From positions 315,671 through 379,670 of the forward strand of contig CAVYNY010000009.1 in the NCBI GenBank assembly GCA_963769935.1: 64,000 bases of DNA, in the 5' to 3' direction. The stretch is from an uncultured delta proteobacterium (GTDB lineage: Bacteria; Desulfobacterota; Desulfobacteria; Desulfobacterales; JAFDCJ01). Shown piece by piece: positions 61,866 to 64,000 of the stretch (position 1 is the stretch's first letter; each line of letters starts with the position of its first letter). Position numbers and translations under genes: made by a program. A model generated the notes under the pieces. It saw only the letters and a list, made by a program, of their open reading frames with translations. It ran no database searches and was not told where the DNA came from.

Positions 61866-63910
61866 CTTGAGCCACCGCTGCTTCGGGGGCGTCGGCGGCG
61901 GCTGCCTGGACGATCGCCGCGTCCGCATCAGGAATGCCGCCAGCCGCCAGCCATCTCAATCCGTCGAGGATATAGCCGGGCGCGGTCCAGCCAGTTTCGT
62001 CGATAGCGTATTTGAGGGCGAATTGGGACTTCTTGATCTTGTCGAGCTTGTCCCATGCGCACTGGGCCTGCTCTTCGGGCGTGGCGCCTTCGATACCGAA
62101 CATCGCCGGATTCGCCAGCATGAACGCGTCCTCGAAGGTGCGGCCGCACGGACCGCCTTCGGCCTCGGGCCGTTGAAAGGCGATGCGCCGGAGTTCCTTG
62201 ACCTTGGCCGCGTCGTCTTTCGCCAGAAGGGCCTCGGGCGAGCAGTCGCCATCTCCGAACCAAGTGTTGAGACAGGCGTTGCTCGTGGCCGTTCCCTCAT
62301 GCACCGGACAGGCGGCCCCGCCGGCGGCAGACGACGGAGTCGAGGTCCGTGATGATGAGGGTCCGCAGCTCCAGAAAGTCGAGAAGGTCGAAGAATATGT
62401 GCGCGTAGGCGCCACCGACTTCCATGGTCGTCATGTACTGGCTGGACAGCTTGGGCGCGTCGGGCTCGGCCTCCTCCAGCTTTTCGATGATCACTGGCAA
62501 CAGCAGGCGCTCGCTGGTGCCTTCGATCAATATGGCCTTGTCGGCGAAGAACAGGTCGCAGCGAGTCAGCGTCAGATACTGGTGGAGAAACCTTCTGTGG
62601 TCTTCCGGCGTTTCGCGCAGCCCCTCGCGCAGGTCCTTGATCTCGGTCTGGCGAACGCCACCGGCGGCGGTCGGGAGGAAATACCGGATCGCCTCGAAGC
62701 CGGCGGCGTTGGCGACGTGGGAGGAGTGCGTCGATACGATGAACTGGACCGGCCAGGGCAAGGGAGCGCCCTCCTGGTCGCTGAGCTGTTGAGCGATCTT
62801 CGATACCTGGCGGATGAACACTTCCTGCATCTGGGGATGCAGGTGGGCCTCGGGTTCCTCGATGAACACGAGGTGGACGCCGGGAGCGTTCGGTTCCGCG
62901 CGGAAAGTGCGATAGAAACTGACGATCCGAAGCAGGATGAAGATGAGATTGCGTATTCCGAGGCCGGTATAGGATTCCGGCAGCAGGATTCCGTGATGGC
63001 CCGCGTATCTCACCTTGGTGTGGCGTGAAAGGAGGCGTTCCACGTCGAGCGTCGTCTCCGTCTCCAACTCGGAACCGTCGAGGCCGGGATAGCCGAACGT
63101 GCGCAAGGTCGGCATCAGCTTCCGCAGCTCGTCTTTGAAGCCGCCCTCGATCGTTTGCTGAATGTCGCGCACGGCCTCTTGCAAAGCTTGAGCGATGGCT
63201 TGGTCGGCCTGATCGGCGGTCGGCGATTTCGCGGCGGTGAAGAGACCTTCCAGGATTTTGGCCAGAACGTCGGTGTCTCTCGACGTGTCGTCGTCGAGCC
63301 CGCGTTGGGCGTTCACGAAACCCGTCTTCAGGAGTGACCGGAGCGCACTCACGGTCATCTGCTTGCGGTTGGTAGCGTCGTTAGGGTCTTCGGCCCATAT
63401 GCTGGCGACGAAGAGAGCGGGCACGCGCTCGCGGAGCAGTTGGAAGAAGGCGAGCCGGTCCTCGTCGGTCAGGTCGCCGGCCGGCTGATCGGCGAACAGC
63501 GACTCGATGGCGCCGTCGCGCAACTCGTAGCGCGCCACGACGAGCGCTTCGTTGCAGTCGGGGTCGAGGTCGATGACGAAGTCGCTGAGAGGGCCAAGCT
63601 CGGGCTGTTCGGGATCGTATCGGAACAGGAGTCGCAGCTCGATGCTCGGAATCAGAGCGCGAACCTCATCGTCTTGCCGGCCCGCGTTCTTGGCCTTGAG
63701 CGCTTCGCAAAAGCCGTCATATGAGGCGTTCGAGAAGTCTTCGATCTGGAATTTCGGGTTCTGATCTACGAGAAACCGGCGGATGGCCTCCGAAAGCGAT
63801 GTCTTGCCGCTGTTGTTGCGGCCGACGACGAGAGTCGTTTGGTCTTCCAGCACCAACTCCACGTCGGCCAGAAGCCGGAAGTTTCTGACCGTGACTTTGT
63901 GGATGTGCAT
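61858..63910 (-). CDS. gajA: OLD-family ABC-ATPase/TOPRIM nuclease, Gabija GajA (frameshift near 62330)
   Basis: GRNNSGKT, IEEPEAHLHP, STHSSH, LFFADKAILIEG..E, ITDLD. Confidence 0.88.
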
Positions 63911-63942
63911 GTTGGTCCCTTACGATCAGTTAAGATTTTGCC

Positions 63943-64000
63943 ACATAACGTTTCCGGGTGAGGTGCGGCCCTCGATCCATAGCGAACCAAAAGCCTATAC
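63943..64000 (-). repeat. attC site, 3' part (continues beyond window)
   Basis: ..gggccgcacctcacccggaaac GTTATGT, 32 bp before the gajA ATG; same style as other attC 3' arms. Confidence 0.7.

Larger units (their letters stand above)
45077..64000 (-). mobile_element. Integron gene-cassette array (no intI in window)
   Basis: Co-oriented single-gene or two-gene units separated by RYYYAAC...GTTRRRY-like imperfect palindromes; in 8 cassettes the R'' box is the exact complement of the preceding R' box. Confidence 0.93.

Noticed and set aside
60195..62006. 603-aa plus-strand ORF and other long overlapping ORFs in 60-63 kb
   Set aside because: Antisense or alternate-frame shadows of GC-rich gajAB; no recognisable motifs
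45077..64000. CRISPR array or integron integrase
   Set aside because: The repeats are heterogeneous palindromes separated by genes, not identical repeats with short spacers; no cas gene and no tyrosine recombinase motifs in the window

Overview
Bacterial chromosomal DNA, most consistent with a Desulfobacterota (Desulfobacterales-like) genome; this assignment is inferred from gene style and intergenic repeats. Many genes carry single-base frameshifts, often in homopolymers, so the assembly is probably error-prone. The window has four zones. (1) 1-8.9 kb: housekeeping genes (phoR/phoB with a Pho-box-like array, AAA+ ATPase, B12 radical SAM, pepA, SET-domain protein, USP). (2) 9-36.7 kb: a ~28 kb island made almost entirely of two-component signalling genes, with an inverted paralogous duplication and two orphan solute-binding proteins placed directly upstream of kinases. 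(3) 36.9-45 kb: assorted small genes (MarR-GNAT, ddl, rlpA, esterase). (4) 45-64 kb: a minus-strand integron cassette array with 16 full, degenerate or partial attC sites and no integrase in the window. It carries two complete toxin-antitoxin pairs, a Gabija operon, a TIR-domain gene, a P-loop ATPase and small ORFans. It is overlaid by Y1/HUH (RAYT-like) transposase elements whose G(A/T)CCCC ends coincide with gene truncations. The most unusual item is a duplicated 253-bp non-coding module that joins such an end to an exceptionally short (48 bp) attC. In both copies it supplies the only attC downstream of large, non-cassette-like genes (Gabija and a PSD-family decarboxylase).
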